Source: Eledone cirrhosa
Taxonomy: Eukaryota
Assembly: GCA_964016885.1 (NCBI GenBank)
Contig: OZ024742.1
Span: forward strand, 256,742,001 to 256,806,000
Reading direction: 5' to 3'
Length of the DNA stretch: 64,000 nucleotides
Of this stretch, positions 59,447 through 64,000 are shown in pieces. Within the stretch, counting starts at the first letter, position 1. Every line of letters begins with the position of its first letter. Under the pieces are notes generated by a model. That model worked only from the letters and a program-made list of their open reading frames with translations, did not search any database and had not been told where the DNA came from. The translations under genes and the position numbers were made by a program.

Positions 59447-62400
59447 GTTTTCTTTATTAACCACAAGGGTTTATATAAAGTAGACATTAAGGACAGTACA
59501 GGACAATGCAGGACGGTACAAATGGGCATTTCTGCGTGTAAAAAAAACAGAGGTTGTAATAAAATAACAAAGAAAAATTCCCCAATAGGGGGGAGACTTC
59601 CGAGGGACATTTGTGGAGAAAGCCCATTAAAAGACCACAGTGACCCTGACCACCAGGGCAAGTGCCCTCTCCCAGTTTTCCACCTTTAATTTACAGACAC
59701 ATACTCAGAGTAGGCCCATTCACTCGGGCCATACTTGCTTCTTTCACCCATCTTTCAACAAAATGCTGGGAAGAGAGCATTTCCCTCTCTACCCTGATTT
59801 TCCTTTTCAAAAGAATTTGAAAAAGTTAATCAGGGCATCACCGAAGTAGTAAGTGCTCGTCTTCATCCCTTTCAAACGTGTCCACCATACTATCTCTTTC
59901 GTCATGGCTATCAGACAGATAAAAACTGCCTGCCCTTCCCGGCTAAAGGAAGAGGGCGGGGAAATCCTTACAATGGACTCAGCTGATAGCCGGGTCCGCC
60001 CTACACGTGACAGCAGGTGTTCGACATAAACCCACGAGTCAGCACTGCTCGGACAATGGACGAGTGCGTGCTGGACGGTTTCGTCGCCCTGCGCGCATCT
60101 CGGACATGCCCGGCTGACGGCACCTCCATGCCTGTAGAGTTTATCCCGAACTGGCAAAGCTCCCCGGTAGCACTGCCAGGCCAGTGATTTCTGGAAGTTG
60201 TCCATAGGCCCCGGCCCGAAAGTCCGTCCGAAGAGATTGGCTAGTTGATTTTCGTCGACGTCTAGAGTTTCTTCAAGTACGTCATCGCTCTTCCCCTCCA
60301 CTAATCCTCTATAGAACGCCAAGGTGGAGTTTCCACGGATCACATTGCCCGATTGATCGAGGGCTGTGAGAGCCTGAAGACATTCCAGTCTTTAAGCGTT
60401 TCCTCTCGGTCTTCGCTTGACACAGGACTGCAGCTCTGTCAAGGAGACGAGCTGGGGAAAGACGTGTCTAGCATATGGCGACCACACCTGTTCACCGTCG
60501 AGGAAGAGGTGGAGATGTCGTAGCATGAGTGCGTGTCTGCGCATCATCAGCCACGGCATGCCCAGCCCTCCACGTAGCGGGTGTTGACAGCAGATGGACC
60601 TCCTGACCATCGGAGCGCGAGCCTTCCACAAAAAGCGAAAGAGCAAACGCTCCAGCGCAGTTAGGACGGTCTTGGGACAAGGAACGACGGTCAGGCGGTA
60701 GTAGATGACGGACGCGATGTACGCGTTAGCCATCTCCGCTCGACCTTTCAGGGATAGCTTCCTCTCCGCCCCTCTCTGGGTGAGAGAAGCGGATAGCTTC
60801 CTCTCCGCCCCTCTCTGGGTGAGAGAAGCCACCCTGCTCGTCACCTCGTCCCAGTTATTGTCCGTCTGGAGGTCCGGACCGAACCAGACCCCTAGCAATT
60901 TAACGGGTCCGTCCGTCAAGCGCCCGACGACGCTGTTGGACGGCATGGACCTGCCTCTCCAGGTACCGAACTGCAGGCCCACTGACTTTTCCTGGTTGAT
61001 CATTGCTCCTGTCACCGCTTCGTATTCTCTTAGTGTAGTGCCGATCACCTCGATGTGTTTGGCGTTCGACACCACTACGGTGACATCGTCCGCATATGCT
61101 GACATGGATCTTCCGCATCCTAGTTCGCACGGGACCCCACTCAACGTCTCCAGTTTGTGCAGTAATGGCTCGAGAGTCAATACGTACAAGAGGGACGAGA
61201 GGGGACATCCGTGGCGGACCGAGCGCATGATGTTGAACGGTTCCGAAAGGTGACCGTTCACTCTCACCACAGAGCAGATGTCGCTGTGCATGGCAGCGAT
61301 CCACCCTCTGAAGACGGACCCAAATCCAGCCGCCTTCTGGACTGCCGCTAGGTAACGATGGTCGACCCTATCGAAAGCTTTCGACTGATCTAAATTGATC
61401 AAGGACTCACCCGTGCCAGGTTGCCTAGCTACTCTCTCTACAATGTATCGCGTGAGGTGGAGGTTGTCGTGGATGGATCTGTCGGGAATGGCGCATGTCT
61501 GCGCCACTCCCACCAGACCACCAACGACATGCGCCAACCTCTTTGCTAGCACCTTGGCCAAAATCTTGAACTCTGTGTTCAGCAGAGTTATGGGCCTGAA
61601 ATTATCTATGATATCCCCATTGTTCAGATCCTTTCTCAGCAGCGCCACCGCTCCTCGGCTCACAGAGCTGGGAATTCTCCCGTTCTGTTGCCAGTTGCAG
61701 TTGACGTCCGCCCAGAGGCCCCCGAACAAGTCTGGCATTTGTACGTATAGTTCATAGGGTAGACTATCCAAACCAGGCGATTTACCCTTTGTGCGGCCCA
61801 TCATTTCCTCCCGTACTTCAGCGGCTGTTATCGGCTTTTCGCAACACTCCGCCTCAGTGGCCGAGAGCCGCGGAAGTCCGTCGAGGTAATCACTAAAGTC
61901 CATCCCTCGGTCCGGCCCGCCACTGCCCCCGAACAGCTGTGCGAAGTGTCGCTGAAAAGCTTCACACATTTGCCCGGGATCGAGTAGCATGCGCCCGTCG
62001 TGGTCCACTAAATACCGGATCGTGGCTTTGTTGCCACGACGCGCCTCCGCCACTTGGGCCCATTGAACGGCTTTCGTCCCCTCGTGTCTGAGAGCACGCA
62101 CCCCAACTCGGACAACGCAGTCTTCGTGCTTTGTATTGAAGAATTGGTCAAGGGCCAATTTCGCCGCAAGTACGTCGGTAGCGATGCCTTTGCTAAGCGC
62201 CTCGTCTAATTTTCTAACTAATTCTCCCTCTGCTCTATTTTTCTCTGTGGCTACAGCTTTACTAAACCTAATGGACTCTATTCTAATTGCGCTTTTCAGA
62301 GCAAACCACCACTTGTTGTTGACGATGGCCCCCGTCAACGCCTGCTTAACTAGTTCGCTAATCCGGTCTCTGTAGGCCTTGCGCGCTGGTAAGTACGCGT

Positions 62401-62645
62401 TTAGCTTCCAGTAGCCGGGTCCTCGTCAATGAAGCCTATCTAAGTCAAGCACACACATCACGAATTTGTGGTCCGTGTAGCTGACTATATAGAATTGTGG
62501 ACAGCATATGCTAGACCTATCTATTTCCCTACAAAATACTCTATCTAGATATGATCTGGATGACCCTATGCGATTAGTCTAAGTCCACATTGGCACATCC
62601 GGGAAATCCAATCGGTACCTGTCAGACAGTTCAAAACCTGTCAGA
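59447..62645 (-). mobile_element. Tx1/L1-clade LINE ORF2, 5'-truncated and degenerate
   Basis: End of APE domain (SYLDR, TDH), GKSPGLD.LPYELY, FRPITLLN, LDQSKAFDRVDH, GCPLS, AYADD, CPRC..ETVQHALVHC; AATAAA at the 3' end. Confidence 0.9.
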
Positions 62646-62735
62646 GGTTTACGCTAGCAGTAAACCTCTTCAAATGAAGTCGATGTTTATTACGGTAGGT
62701 CGAATATATTTATCTATAAAACTGTTTACATTGTA

Positions 62736-62800
62736 TTTTGTCTGATGAAGGCATAGCATATTGTTAATATGATATCCCCGAAATATATATAATGAAATAA
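62736..62800 (+). ncRNA. Type I HHR
   Basis: tttgt-CTGATGA-agg..catatt gtt aatatg..ccc-GAAA-tatat-ATA-atgaa. Confidence 0.65.
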
Positions 62801-62927
62801 ATATGGTTTTATAAATATAGTTTTCCATTTATTTAATATTGTAAATATACTCCAAATATTTGTCGAGTGCTTTTATATCAGTTATAAATATTTACTAGTT
62901 GTAACCCAACAATTTTAAATATAACTT

Positions 62928-62989
<62 letters not shown>

Positions 62990-63077
62990 GTAGGAGGTAA
63001 GTTTTATTGTAGAACAATAAACCAATGTAAATATCGGATAAGTAGCACTGAACAGTACACCTGTTTGTGTGTGAGTG

Positions 63078-63147
<70 letters not shown>

Positions 63148-64000
63148 ATATCCCCTTCCTTCCTTTTATACATACAAAAAATCACACAAACACACACGGA
63201 TATTGTGTGACAGAGGATGGACAGAAGTTGGTCAAATTCATATACATGTGAATCGAGTTCCACTGAAGCAGTTAGAGAAGTTCAAGTGATGCAGTAATGC
63301 GCCAGCTTCAGCATTCAGTAGTCAAATGGGAGGTAGGTGTAATAGCCAAACTCTCTGTCTTCCTAGTATTGCTACCGACCCGTAACTAGGGTCATGAATC
63401 TTCGGTAATGACCGAAAGAATACGATTTCAGATACAAGTGGCCGACATGGGGTTCCTCCGATGCGCATTTAGATTATTGTTACACGATAAAGTGCATATC
63501 TTAGAGATGAGAGAGTCACTGCAGATAGAGCCAATACTTCTCCGCATTGAGAGATTAACAGCACCTATGCTATGGGCATGGGGTTAGAATGTCCCAGGAA
63601 ACATCCGCTGAACAAATTTTAGAGGCAACACCAACCGGCAGGAGACTCAGACTTAGACCCTGACCAAGATAATTGTATAATATCCATGAGCTTGTCTGGT
63701 CACGGTTTGGGAACCAGATGGATTAGTTAGAGAAGTTTGCTTCTGACAGAATCGCTGGAAGAAGTATTTGAGGAGGACTCTGCCTCCACGACCCTCTAAG
63801 AAATAAATAGGCGAAGAAGAAGATATTATCAATTTAATTTTCAATTTCCTTATCATAACTATATGCATATTTTGGTATAATACCAATATGCACATTATAT
63901 GGTGGCAGAAAACTACTCGAAGGGTGGTTCTTTTGCTTGTGTAAATAAATATTACAGAAGCCGATACACAATAATCATTAGTAAGAGATAAATAAAAATA

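Noticed and set aside
60705-62375. Plus-strand ORFs over the Tx1 element, and antisense ORFs over the PLE and Dong ORFs
   Set aside because: Shadow ORFs on the opposite strand of retroelement coding sequence

Overview
AT-rich eukaryotic non-genic DNA, probably cephalopod/Octopus-like (inferred from dense (AT)n/(AC)n microsatellites and octopus-type SINE remnants). No host gene is recognisable. The window is made of retroelements: Penelope-like elements (PLEs; RT plus GIY-YIG, Naiad-like and Neptune-like), RTE fragments, two R4/Dong-like copies inserted in (TAA)n, and a Tx1-like LINE. The main signal is a dense collection of type I hammerhead ribozyme (HHR) motifs from more than 10 sequence families. 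Three non-coding tandem-repeat families (units of about 310, 425 and 615 bp) carry one HHR per unit and sit in (AT)n tracts, i.e. candidate retrozymes (circRNA-forming, PLE-mobilised). The 615-bp family has a non-canonical U3 core and very long stems II/III. The 310-bp array shows a twin-priming-type inversion. Several palindromes fold back at HHR stem II. All structures were read by eye; no searches or folding programs were run, and boundaries are approximate.
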